From positions 64,001 to 128,000 of the IMG/VR virus record IMGVR_UViG_3300031555_003626: a stretch of 64,000 nt of DNA; one strand, 5' to 3'. Position numbers and translations under genes: made by a program. Within the stretch, counting starts at the first letter, position 1, and each line of letters starts with the position of its first letter. Origin of the DNA: a virus. Its lineage: Duplodnaviria; Caudoviricetes. Below the pieces are notes generated by a model, which ran no database searches, was not told the origin of the DNA, and saw only the letters and a list, made by a program, of their open reading frames with translations. Below are positions 9,491 through 19,259 of this stretch, piece after piece.

Positions 9491-10794
9491 TGGCAGGATT
9501 AAAATTTTCACAACAAAGAAAAAGCCTACTTTCTAGTCAGACTAGAATACAGGTGCCGTGGGTAAAAGTAACTCTGGGAACTTATACGTTTGGAATTTTT
9601 GATAGCAAAACTAAGTCACAGGCAGGTAAAGATAAAAATGGATTTTATACTACTTATAATATAAAATATCCTAACTATATTCAAGATCTTACCGTAACTA
9701 AAATTAATGGACAGGTAAACCAATACTCATTAAATATCATATATCCGATTACACAGTTTGATGATCCAAACTTTTTTGAAAAAGTTTTTTCAAGTATAAG
9801 CAGCACGCGTAAAATTATTTTTTCTTATGGTGATGCTTCAGTTCCATCGTATGTGTATAAAAATGAAGAAGCAATAATTACAAAGATTACTCAAGGTTTT
9901 AATTTAGAGCGCAGTTCAATTTCATACCAAATAGAAGCTGTTTCTGGTGCAGCCCTTACTGCCGATGGCACGATTACTGAACTTGCATCAGGTGCAGCCG
10001 TAAAACCGAGTGAAAAAATAAAAAGCCTATTTAGAAGTAATAAGAGCTTACAAGATACTTTTACCGGAATGAGAATTAGTGACTTAGATAAACTTATTGC
10101 GGGAGATGACCAACCCGTTGTGCTTGATTCTAAACGAAATGTTTCTGCTTTAGACTACATCGCATACCTCGCAAGCTGCATGGTTCCATCAGGAACAAAA
10201 CCAGGTCTATCTAAAGATATTTATATTTTAACAGTACATGATGATACTATCTTAGATACAACATATGACCCGAGTAGCTTTGGAGGAAAAGGTGGACCCT
10301 ACTTTAAAATTACAAAAACATCTTATGCGGCAGAACACAGTGACGCCTATGAAGTTGACATTGGTTATAATACTTCTACAATTGTTCGAAGCTTTAGTAT
10401 TGAGCAAAATGAAAACTTTTCCTTATACTATGACTACCAAGGAGAGATTCACTCTGAAGAATATGTTCGTAGATTAAATAAACAAGGTGAATGGGAAACA
10501 GTCTATTCACCCACTTATATGGTTAGAGCTAATGAGTTTAATGCTACAGCCAAAGACATGATTTGGTGGACTAAGGCTACAAAGTATCCTATTACCGCCA
10601 CCATAACAATTCAAGGGCTGCTACGTCCTGCGACTCTAATGCAATATCTACGTCTGAACATAATATTTCCTGGTGGGCACGAGCACTTGGCGAGCGGACT
10701 TTATATAGTTACTAGACAAGTAGACAGCATCAATAGTAGTGGTTATACTACACAACTAACCCTAACTAGAATTAGCGGAGACAACAAAAATTAG
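9490..10794 (+). CDS. Baseplate hub/tail protein
   Basis: Follows LysM gene; C-terminal ATITIQG..SGLYIVTRQVDSINSSGYTTQLTL is typical of hub proteins. Confidence 0.6.
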   Translation: MAGLKFSQQRKSLLSSQTRIQVPWVKVTLGTYTFGIFDSKTKSQAGKDKNGFYTTYNIKYPNYIQDLTVTKINGQVNQYSLNIIYPITQFDDPNFFEKVFSSISSTRKIIFSYGDASVPSYVYKNEEAIITKITQGFNLERSSISYQIEAVSGAALTADGTITELASGAAVKPSEKIKSLFRSNKSLQDTFTGMRISDLDKLIAGDDQPVVLDSKRNVSALDYIAYLASCMVPSGTKPGLSKDIYILTVHDDTILDTTYDPSSFGGKGGPYFKITKTSYAAEHSDAYEVDIGYNTSTIVRSFSIEQNENFSLYYDYQGEIHSEEYVRRLNKQGEWETVYSPTYMVRANEFNATAKDMIWWTKATKYPITATITIQGLLRPATLMQYLRLNIIFPGGHEHLASGLYIVTRQVDSINSSGYTTQLTLTRISGDNKN

Positions 10795-10811
10795 TATTAT
10801 TAATAGACCTA

Positions 10812-10855
10812 AATAAAAGCTTGAAGACTGTTATGTCTCTAAGCTTTTATTTTTT
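10812..10855 (+). terminator. Rho-independent terminator
   Basis: AATAAAAGCTT...AAGCTTTTATT plus T-run, immediately before GCTAAATTA. Confidence 0.7.
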
Positions 10856-10906
10856 GCTAAATTATATAGCATATGAAAGTTAATCCAAAAAAAAGGAGAA
10901 TATTTT

Positions 10907-13891
10907 ATGAGTGAATTTTATGATTTACCTTATACCGGTAAACAAATTGAAGATAAACTAGCTTTAGTCGATGAAATGTCGACAAAACTAGGTGTCAACT
11001 CGGTTAGTAAGGCATTTAAAGTTTATCCTCAAGGCGACCAAAAATTAGCAATCATTGACAATAAAATCAAAGTAGGAATTCGAAATGCTGAAATGGAGAT
11101 TGTTGATGGTGCAGGCGATGAAGAACTTAAAACTCAATTAACAAACTTAAAAGAGGCAGTAGATGCAAATCCAAATGAAATATATTATTCTTTAGTAGTG
11201 CGATCTGCTTCATATCATAAGGGAACTATTGCAAGCGTTGATGTAAATAACCGTGAAATTGTTGTTAATGATGGCCCTACTGAAGGTAATTTTATTCAAG
11301 TAAATCTTGAAAATAATAAAGATAGAACCTCTAATCCTAAAAAAGATGATCCTGCAAACTTTAATGTTTACAATAACTTTATAATTGAAGGTTATCCAGA
11401 ACTAGGAACTATTGATATTGGTTTTAATACTATTACTGCTGGAATAAACTCTTCTGCTGTTAATAATAGTTCAGTAGCTATGGGCAAAAACGCTAGAGCT
11501 TTAGGAAAATTCACAGTAGCTTTCGGAGAAGATACTATAGCAGGTCATAGAGCTTTAGTTGCTGGCGCCGCTTGTGAAGCATTAGGCCAAGAGAGCATTG
11601 CAGCAGGATTAACCAGTAAAGCTACTGGAACTCAGTCTACCGCTATGGGTAACAACGCTAAGGCACAAGGTCCTTCTAGTGTGGCGCTTGGTTATTACAC
11701 TACAGCTTCCGGTGATTACGGATTTGCGTTCAATGGTTATACTGAAGCCAGCGCTAAAAACGCTACTGCTGGTGGATGGCACTCTGAGGCAAAACACACT
11801 GGTGCGTTTACTATGGGTTGCTATACTAGAAGCTCAGCAGACTATCAGACGGTACTAGGTACATATAATAAAGGCCATGCAGAGGCTTTATTTATCATTG
11901 GCAATGGTACCTCATCTTCAAATACGAGTAATGCTTTAACCGTTACTAAAAAAGGTAATGTTAAAGTAAGTGGTAGCATTAGCTTTGAATCAGGTGGTAT
12001 TGGAGTAGGTAAGAAAAAATCTACTTCTGGCTACTTTATGGGAACTAACTGCTTAGCAAACACAGTAGTAAAGCTTCCTTTAGGCCAAACATATACAGAT
12101 TATTATAAAATTGAAAACGATGGCTCTTCTTACAAATACTCATGGAATATATCATGTGGTACAGTGAAACTTACTTTAACTCCTAGTGTGATTGTTCAAG
12201 AAGATTCTAAAGCACCTAAAACTTATACAGCCGCCTTGACGGGAGATGTTGGTAATTATGTCCTTACAGTAACTTTACCGTTTGATTATAATAATACGGA
12301 TAAAACGTATATTTTAGGAATGACTTATTTATCATTTGATATTTCATTACCTAGCGTATTAAAATTTAAATCATTTGCTAATGGATCAGATTTAAGAGCT
12401 GCCGAATATGCAAGTCTCACACAGCCTAGCCATGGCACAGCTATTGGTCATAGTGCGTCTGCACTTGGACATGTTTCTACAGCAATAGGATTTGGTGCTC
12501 TTAGCGCGGGTTCGTCTTCAATGGCAATAGGAAAAAATGTTGTAGCAAATGCTGCTAATGCCATTGTTATAGGCAACTCCAGTGTAGCTAACCATGATAA
12601 TGCAATTATTCTGGGTCGTAACTGTACCTCTACTGAATCAGATCAAGTTATATTAGGCTACCAAAATGCATTTACTGTAAATAAAGATGGTACTGCAACG
12701 GTTAAGACTGGTCCTAAAAAAGCTAAAGACGTTGCTACCATGGAGTATGTAGATACAGAAATAGGAAAGATTTCTGCTCCTGATCTTTCGGGTTATGCGC
12801 CAGTAAGCCATAATCATAATGAATATGCGCTAACAGATCATACTCATAACTATGCTGCATCTAGCCATCTTCACGATGATAAGTATGCTCTTAAGTCTCA
12901 TACTCATACTGAGTATGCTTCTAACATGCACCCATCCCAGATTGCTACCGACTTAAATCTTGGACATGTAAAAGGTCTTAATGCTACCTTACTGGTAAAT
13001 GGCATAAAAGGCGAAAGTGGCAGTACTACATATTTTGCTAACGCTTTTAGTCTTGAAAAAGATAAACAGTATAAGGTTATATTATTACCTCACACTTCAG
13101 GTTCTGACCCAGCAAATTTCTCAGCATCAGCAACGTTTGATATTGATGCAGGTGCTTCCTGGGATAATCCTCAGAAGTTTACTATCAGCAACGGCTCCGC
13201 AATATTCACTGCAGAGTACCCAGGAAAGATTAATGCTTTCATAATGAATGTTACTGCTGGTGGAGGCTCCAATCAATATTACAAGATATATATTTCAGAA
13301 ATTCCATTAGATTCAGTATCAATTAATTCAGATGGTACTATGCAGGTTCATACGGTATCCAAAGCTAAAATAGCAGCTTCAGCTACTAGAACTGATTTTG
13401 CTACGAGAGCTCTGCAGGATAATAGTGGAAACATCTTTAGTGAGACATATCTTAAAAAAGCTGACTTACCAAATGGTTTTCTTTCTGTAGTTCCTTGCAG
13501 CGATGAGTCTAAAAATGTTTATACTCAGAGTGAGGGTGGTAAAACGATTGATATATCTCAGTTTATAGGTGATGCAACGATTGATAGCTTAATAGGAGTG
13601 AGTCTACGGTTTATAACTTGGTTAAAAGATACTAATGGTAACTCGTATGCTTATAACGCCTTTGTTACTGACTTTTCACAAAGATATACGTTAGAGGGTA
13701 CTCGCTATTTTACGGTAAATGCGGGAATTGTTAATCAGATAGATGATGTATCTTGTGGCACCTGCTTTTATGCGTTTAACATTACAGAGGATAAGAAATT
13801 ACGATTTCTTAGATGTAAAGCTACGCTTTCAAATAACAATACTCTTGATAGTATATCAATAGATAATTTGGTGTTATTCTTTTTGAAGTAA
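10907..13891 (+). CDS. Tail fibre / receptor-binding protein with YadA-like head repeats
   Basis: Two blocks of S/TxAxG 14-aa repeats; HxH repeats (HNH, HTH, HLH, HTH); KDVATMEYVD. Confidence 0.75.
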   Translation: MSEFYDLPYTGKQIEDKLALVDEMSTKLGVNSVSKAFKVYPQGDQKLAIIDNKIKVGIRNAEMEIVDGAGDEELKTQLTNLKEAVDANPNEIYYSLVVRSASYHKGTIASVDVNNREIVVNDGPTEGNFIQVNLENNKDRTSNPKKDDPANFNVYNNFIIEGYPELGTIDIGFNTITAGINSSAVNNSSVAMGKNARALGKFTVAFGEDTIAGHRALVAGAACEALGQESIAAGLTSKATGTQSTAMGNNAKAQGPSSVALGYYTTASGDYGFAFNGYTEASAKNATAGGWHSEAKHTGAFTMGCYTRSSADYQTVLGTYNKGHAEALFIIGNGTSSSNTSNALTVTKKGNVKVSGSISFESGGIGVGKKKSTSGYFMGTNCLANTVVKLPLGQTYTDYYKIENDGSSYKYSWNISCGTVKLTLTPSVIVQEDSKAPKTYTAALTGDVGNYVLTVTLPFDYNNTDKTYILGMTYLSFDISLPSVLKFKSFANGSDLRAAEYASLTQPSHGTAIGHSASALGHVSTAIGFGALSAGSSSMAIGKNVVANAANAIVIGNSSVANHDNAIILGRNCTSTESDQVILGYQNAFTVNKDGTATVKTGPKKAKDVATMEYVDTEIGKISAPDLSGYAPVSHNHNEYALTDHTHNYAASSHLHDDKYALKSHTHTEYASNMHPSQIATDLNLGHVKGLNATLLVNGIKGESGSTTYFANAFSLEKDKQYKVILLPHTSGSDPANFSASATFDIDAGASWDNPQKFTISNGSAIFTAEYPGKINAFIMNVTAGGGSNQYYKIYISEIPLDSVSINSDGTMQVHTVSKAKIAASATRTDFATRALQDNSGNIFSETYLKKADLPNGFLSVVPCSDESKNVYTQSEGGKTIDISQFIGDATIDSLIGVSLRFITWLKDTNGNSYAYNAFVTDFSQRYTLEGTRYFTVNAGIVNQIDDVSCGTCFYAFNITEDKKLRFLRCKATLSNNNTLDSISIDNLVLFFLK

Positions 13892-13956
13892 GAGATAATT
13901 TATAAGTAGAAACAGAATACCAAGCAAAGCTTCTTAAGAAAATTATAATATACAAG

Positions 13957-13992
13957 AAAAAGAGCTTAAGATATTTTTCTTAAGCTCTTTTG
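13957..13992. terminator. Bidirectional terminator between convergent genes
   Basis: AAAAAGAGCTTAAGA...TCTTAAGCTCTTTT. Confidence 0.75.
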
Positions 13993-13997
13993 TTATT

Positions 13998-14552
13998 TTA
14001 GATTAATTCTTGAATCTTTTCAATAGCTATAGCAGTAAGCATTTCTTTGTCTGACTTTTGATTAGAATACTTAACAAAAGACCTTAGAACTAGATAGAGG
14101 TCTGTCATTGGGTTTATCTCAGCTGTAAATTTCTTTAAATTCTCACTAACTTCTTCTTGCCGTGCTAAATGCTCTGTTAGCTGACGTTGTGCAGCATCTT
14201 CCACATAAATTTCATAAGCGAGGCCGTCAGTTATTTTGTAGGCAGGAATCAAGGACTTTGCTTTGGTTGGAATAATAGAAAATTTAGTAGACTCACTTTC
14301 TACACCAATTCTATAATGGTTGCCGCTTCGATTACTTGTGATACCCGTCGGCTTAAGTATAATTTTGCCAGTTATTGTAGTATAATTACCTTCAGTTACA
14401 TAAGTACGGCCACCTGCTTCAATAGCTTGTTGAATTAGCTTTTGCTGATAGTTCTCTGCATCTGCTTTATCGAGGTAAGACAAACAGAGAAAAACCTCAC
14501 AGGTGTTTTTGTCGGACAGCTTTGCTTGCTTGTAAATGGTACAGTAAAACAT
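13998..14552 (-). CDS. Hypothetical protein, paralog of 17390..18007
   Basis: AGGAGG RBS and TTTACA-type promoter on the minus strand; MFYCTIYK start; shared IGVE and DL..L.S..KY..QK.DK. Confidence 0.8.
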   Translation of the reverse strand: MFYCTIYKQAKLSDKNTCEVFLCLSYLDKADAENYQQKLIQQAIEAGGRTYVTEGNYTTITGKIILKPTGITSNRSGNHYRIGVESESTKFSIIPTKAKSLIPAYKITDGLAYEIYVEDAAQRQLTEHLARQEEVSENLKKFTAEINPMTDLYLVLRSFVKYSNQKSDKEMLTAIAIEKIQELI

Positions 14553-14698
14553 ATTAAATTCCTCCTTTAAAATTTATTTAAGTTTATATTACCATAACTG
14601 GTGTAATTTGTAAATAGCTAAATTTTAATTTTTTATAATTCTTTCTCCACCAGTATTGTATTATAAAATATATAGAATTTATTTTGGAGGAAAGCTAT

Positions 14699-15151
14699 AT
14701 GAAAAAAGAATGGTTTGATAAGCTTAGTGAAATAGATAAAGCTAATGAAACTATTATTGGAATATCGGAGCTAAGGCCTTATTTGTATAATAGAACACTG
14801 CTGTATGGATATACTTGCGAAAGAGAAACTTTCCACGTCTATATAAAAGACCAGAAAATTTATACAGTAATCTATGACACAGATTATTCAATAAGCTACG
14901 AAAAAGAACTCTCAAGCTTTATGCGAGGTGATCCTAAGCCTAAGAATATGCGACAGATTGAAGTAAAATCTAACAGCGATTTTGTTCCTAATAAGAGACT
15001 TTATCCAGAAAGGTGTGATTATCACTTCTGCCGTGCGTTAAAAGAAAGAGGAATCGACCTTCCTTTTACGCACTGGAGTGAAGAAGTACAACCCAATGAA
15101 AAAGGCTACTACGGCTTTATCTTAGAGGACGCAAAAAATAAGGAGGACTAG
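14699..15151 (+). CDS. Hypothetical protein
   Basis: GGAGG RBS; upstream TATTGTATTAT. Confidence 0.7.
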   Translation: MKKEWFDKLSEIDKANETIIGISELRPYLYNRTLLYGYTCERETFHVYIKDQKIYTVIYDTDYSISYEKELSSFMRGDPKPKNMRQIEVKSNSDFVPNKRLYPERCDYHFCRALKERGIDLPFTHWSEEVQPNEKGYYGFILEDAKNKED

Positions 15152-15156
15152 GTAGT

Positions 15157-15312
15157 ATGGATAGATATGATTTTATGTCAATGGTTGATGATATGTTTAA
15201 AGAGTGTGACTCTGTTGAAGAAGTGGCAATCCGCTATGTACAAATGAAAAAAGATTTAGACAGTTTATATTTGCAAAATATAGCACTCAGACAGACAGAA
15301 ACAAATTCTTAA
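15157..15312 (+). CDS. Small hypothetical protein, 51 aa (not in track)
   Basis: AAGGAGG RBS; MDRYDFMSMVDDMF. Confidence 0.6.
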   Translation: MDRYDFMSMVDDMFKECDSVEEVAIRYVQMKKDLDSLYLQNIALRQTETNS

Positions 15313-15485
15313 AAGAACAAACGAACAATGCTGAGCTTATTATATCTGTTTATTAACGGCGAGCCTTCTGGAGAAGGTGTAGCAATTAATACTACTTCTG
15401 AAGTTTAATTAAAAATATTAAAAGAGTCATTTTGTATTAACAGATGACTCTTTTTTTTATTAATTTATTAAATTAATAATTTGTA

Positions 15486-15496
15486 TATCGTATTAT
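15486..15496 (+). promoter_or_regulatory. Putative middle-class promoter TA(T/C)(C/T)GTAT(A/T)AT (also 14654, 25169, 25822, 26533, 34101, 47861, 49151, 50223, 52663, 56434; GATCG variant at 61036)
   Basis: Recurring intergenic 11-mer, usually upstream of starts, without a conserved -35. Confidence 0.65.
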
Positions 15497-15525
15497 AAAA
15501 TACGAAACAATTAAGGAGGACACAA

Positions 15526-16638
15526 ATGATTTATACCTATCAGAAAAAACTTAAAGGCAAAAAGGTTGGTATTGTCTTTGGAACTTTTGCTCCTTTGCAT
15601 CAGGGACACCTTGATGTTATTATGAGAGCTAAGAAAGAATGTGACGGCGGTTGTATTGTAATTGTCGATGGTCGAGAGGGAGACCGTGGCGGTGAGAAGA
15701 TGCCTCTGAGACGTCGTTATCGTTATGTAAGAGAATTCTTCGCTGATGACGACCTTGTTGCTGTTTATCCCATAGACGAGACTGAAAAGAATATTCCTGC
15801 TTATCCTAATGGCTGGCTTCCGTTTCTTGAGGTTGTAAAAGACATCTTCAGAAATGGCACTGAGGAATATCCTGAACCGGTTTTCTATGTTAGTGAAGCC
15901 GCTTATCATGCTCGACTTACAGAAGAAGGTTTTGAAGTAGTCCTTCTTGACCGCACTGAAAATCCCATCTCAGCTACAATGATAAGAGAAAATCCTATTA
16001 AGTACTGGGACAAAATTACTTTTCCTTTTAGAAGAGTATTCAGTACTAATATTCTTATTTGCGGAACTGCGAGCGAAGGAAAGACTACTCTGGTAAAAGA
16101 CCTTGGTAAATATTTCAATGCGCCTTATTCTCATGAGTATGCCAGAGACTATATGGGAGAGAGTTATATTTCTGAATGGGAACTCGATGGTGCTGACTAT
16201 CTTGCTTTTCTCGACGGACAGTATCAGATGAATAAAAAGTTGATTAATTCACCGAGTAATCAGGGAATCTTCTTTGCTGACTCTGACAGTATGACTACCC
16301 GTATGTATGCTGAGTACTATCACAGAGACCCTGAGCTTGACCTTACTGAAGAAGAGTTCAAAGATATTGCTGTTGCTGCAGATGCTATTACTAAGAAATG
16401 CCGTTGGGATAAGATTTATCTTCTTTGTCCACACGGAACTTTTGTAGACGATCACACTCGTTATATGGAGTTCAGTGGTATGGACGAGAGAAGAGAACTC
16501 TTTGAAATTCTTTGTAATAACATAAAAGCTTCCGGAAACTGGGATAAAGTAGTTATTCTCGACGGCGGATATTATAATAACTTTAAGAAAATTGTTGATG
16601 ATGTAAAGGAGATTATTGAAAATGGTAAAATGGCTTAA
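15526..16638 (+). CDS. nadR: Bifunctional NMN adenylyltransferase / ribosylnicotinamide kinase (no HTH)
   Basis: FGTFAPLHQGH (HxGH), ISATMIR, P-loop GTASEGKTT, EYARDY; adjacent to pnuC. Confidence 0.92.
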   Translation: MIYTYQKKLKGKKVGIVFGTFAPLHQGHLDVIMRAKKECDGGCIVIVDGREGDRGGEKMPLRRRYRYVREFFADDDLVAVYPIDETEKNIPAYPNGWLPFLEVVKDIFRNGTEEYPEPVFYVSEAAYHARLTEEGFEVVLLDRTENPISATMIRENPIKYWDKITFPFRRVFSTNILICGTASEGKTTLVKDLGKYFNAPYSHEYARDYMGESYISEWELDGADYLAFLDGQYQMNKKLINSPSNQGIFFADSDSMTTRMYAEYYHRDPELDLTEEEFKDIAVAADAITKKCRWDKIYLLCPHGTFVDDHTRYMEFSGMDERRELFEILCNNIKASGNWDKVVILDGGYYNNFKKIVDDVKEIIENGKMA

Positions 16639-17299
16639 GAACGAATTTTGGAACGGTTATACTGCTTTTGAGAAGATCTTTTTCGCTTCTCTTATTCTGC
16701 TTCAGGTAATTATGTATTTCATTGTACCTGACTCTGCTATCGGAATTGTCTGTGGACTTGCTGGAGTTATCTGCGTTGCCCTGACAGCGAAAGGAAAGAT
16801 TTCCTCTTACTTCTTCAACTTCCTTCAGATGGTTACATATATGATTATCTGTTGGGACCTTGCACTCTATCTTGAGTTCGGTGAACAGGTGTTCTACTTC
16901 ATTGTTTGTATCTTCGGCGTCTTTATGTGGAAAAAGAATATGACTAAAAATGAAGACGGCTCTGAACAGGTTAAGGCGAAGAAGTTTAAGCTTTGGCAGT
17001 GGCTTGTGTCTGCTGGCGTAGTTGCAATTAGTACATTCCTTCTTGGTTTCTTCGGCGAAGCAGTTCTCGGAAGCACTCTTCCTTATCTTGACGCTATGAC
17101 TGTTGCTCTTGCTGTTATTGCTCAGCTTCTTATGGTTTGGAGATACAGAGAACAGTGGGCTTGCTGGATTCTTATCGATGTAGCAAGTTTGGTTATGTTT
17201 ATTATTCTCGGTCAGTGGTCTATGGTTGCTATGTATATCGCTTGGACTGCTAATGCTTTCTATGGTTGGTATAACTGGACTAAACTTCAGAGAGCTTAA
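16616..17299 (+). CDS. pnuC: Nicotinamide riboside transporter
   Basis: Multiple TM helices; PYLDA, AQLLMVWRYREQWACWILID, YGWYNW. Confidence 0.92.
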   Translation: MKMVKWLKNEFWNGYTAFEKIFFASLILLQVIMYFIVPDSAIGIVCGLAGVICVALTAKGKISSYFFNFLQMVTYMIICWDLALYLEFGEQVFYFIVCIFGVFMWKKNMTKNEDGSEQVKAKKFKLWQWLVSAGVVAISTFLLGFFGEAVLGSTLPYLDAMTVALAVIAQLLMVWRYREQWACWILIDVASLVMFIILGQWSMVAMYIAWTANAFYGWYNWTKLQRA

Positions 17300-17389
17300 T
17301 AAATTAGAAAGCTTGGAGGATTAATTGCTTCCAAGCTTCTTTTTTGCTAAATTATATAGTTAAAAAATTCTTAAGGAGATTTTTATATT

Positions 17390-18007
17390 ATGTTTTATTG
17401 CACTTTGTATAAATCATATAATAGAGTGAATACTAAGAATAAAACTTTTGAGCTTTCTACTTGTCTTGCTTATGCTTCTGAGATTGACGCGGAGGATATG
17501 AAGAATAGACTATTACAGCAAGCTTCTAAGGCTGGAGCTTCTATTATAGAAGACTCGGGTAATTATATCACCTTCTATGGTTCTATTTATTTTACTGGTT
17601 TTGGATTTGCAAGCGGTAAAAATTTTGGCTCTAATCTGTATTCTATTGGGGTAGAGAATACAGAAACACGATTCTCTAAGCTGATACCTGAAACAAGAAA
17701 TACTGTTGACCTTAGAAAAATACTTGATGGAGCAGACTTTGAGAGAAAAGCTCAGGGATACACACAGCATATAAAAGATCTTAAGAAAGCAGAACAAGAT
17801 AAAATTAATGATAATCTGTCTCGCTTTGAACAAGAAGTTGCTAATGAAACTGACCTTACAAAAATTCTCACTTCATTACTTAAATATGCCGGACAGAAAA
17901 CAGATAAGCAAAAACTTATTGCTTTAGCAGTTAAGAAGATTCAGAGTAAAACCGACCCAGCAGAAGAGACTGACTGGTATAATGAATTATCAGATATAAA
18001 TAATTAA
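17390..18007 (+). CDS. Hypothetical protein, paralog of 13998..14552
   Basis: AAGGAG RBS, GCTAAATTA upstream. Confidence 0.8.
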   Translation: MFYCTLYKSYNRVNTKNKTFELSTCLAYASEIDAEDMKNRLLQQASKAGASIIEDSGNYITFYGSIYFTGFGFASGKNFGSNLYSIGVENTETRFSKLIPETRNTVDLRKILDGADFERKAQGYTQHIKDLKKAEQDKINDNLSRFEQEVANETDLTKILTSLLKYAGQKTDKQKLIALAVKKIQSKTDPAEETDWYNELSDINN

Positions 18008-18413
18008 AATAATAAAAGCTTAGAGAATAAAATCTTTAAGCTTTTTCTTTTTCGCCAGCATGAAAAAATATATGAGTTAAAGTTCTACCTTAATCTCATA
18101 TATAAAACAATATAATAAATAGAGCATATAGAAAATGAGTTTAAGTTTTATATAGAGAAAAGCATAACTCATTTATATTTTCTTTATATTAAACTAACTA
18201 CTTCTAATTCTTCTAACTATATAGAATAGGCGAAACCTTTCTTTTTTCTTCCTAAAGCCTAATAACTTATCAGATTATTAAAATAATAATTAATTAAAAT
18301 AGTTATGCTAAATTAATTGAATGGGAAAAATAGAATGCGTGAAATAGACTCAAAAATAAAATACTTGCTTCTAAGCTCTTTCTTAGGAGCTTTTATTATA
18401 AGGAGATTAACCT

Positions 18414-19229
18414 ATGGAATTAAGAGAATGGCAGTATATGAGTAAGCCTGCTAGTAATTCAGGAAGCTATAAGAAAAGATTTGAAAAACTTATTAAATAT
18501 CATATAGACCATGCTTCTTCTGAACTTGAGAGTATTACGAGAAAAGATATTTCTGATAGGTACTTCCGCCTTAGCGAGCATTATAACGATGGCTCTAAAG
18601 AATTTGATAGGAGCATTATAGTAGCGGTCGATACGAGTACCGAAGAATTCGAAATACATATTTTTATAGACCATGAGGAAGTAGAGAGTATTCAACGTAA
18701 GGGCTATGAAAATTTCGTAGCCGCTATTGAGCCTTATATGTTTCTTCCTGACTCTGGGACTCAGGAGTATGATGACTTACTAGTAGAATGGATTGTCATG
18801 AATAATTCTACAACAAGTAGTTCTCAGCCGGCTTCAGTAGTTTCTTCTAAAACTAATAAAGAAAAATTTATAGAGCTTATTGCTTATATGGTTAATCATA
18901 AAGCTTCAGATGTTATTGCAACTGAAGAGTCTAGACTAGATAATACAGGTTTTCATTATAAGGAACATCATAAGCCGGCTAATGAAAAAGATCATGAAAT
19001 CGAAGTTAAGGTAGGCTGCAGTAGATTTAAAGATTTATTTTCTATTTATATTTTTAAAGACGGTAAACAGATAATGACTTATATGGCTAGCGGGTGGGAA
19101 GAACTGCTAAAGTACCTTAAAGGTTATTTTAGTGTTCCTAGCTATGGAAGTCCGGAACATAAGAGTTTATGTGAATCCGCTTCTTCTATAGCAGAAGACT
19201 TTAAGACTTACGAAAATCTTTGGGATTAA
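18414..19229 (+). CDS. Hypothetical protein with internal duplication; candidate internal head protein
   Basis: Two ~110-aa repeats, each preceded by LxEW; C-terminal EDFKTYENLWD. Confidence 0.7.
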   Translation: MELREWQYMSKPASNSGSYKKRFEKLIKYHIDHASSELESITRKDISDRYFRLSEHYNDGSKEFDRSIIVAVDTSTEEFEIHIFIDHEEVESIQRKGYENFVAAIEPYMFLPDSGTQEYDDLLVEWIVMNNSTTSSSQPASVVSSKTNKEKFIELIAYMVNHKASDVIATEESRLDNTGFHYKEHHKPANEKDHEIEVKVGCSRFKDLFSIYIFKDGKQIMTYMASGWEELLKYLKGYFSVPSYGSPEHKSLCESASSIAEDFKTYENLWD

Positions 19230-19259
19230 AAAATATTAGAAAGGCAGAAAAAATATTTT

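Noticed and set aside
13000-13891. DGR variable region in the fibre C-terminus
   Set aside because: No template repeat or reverse transcriptase seen in the window
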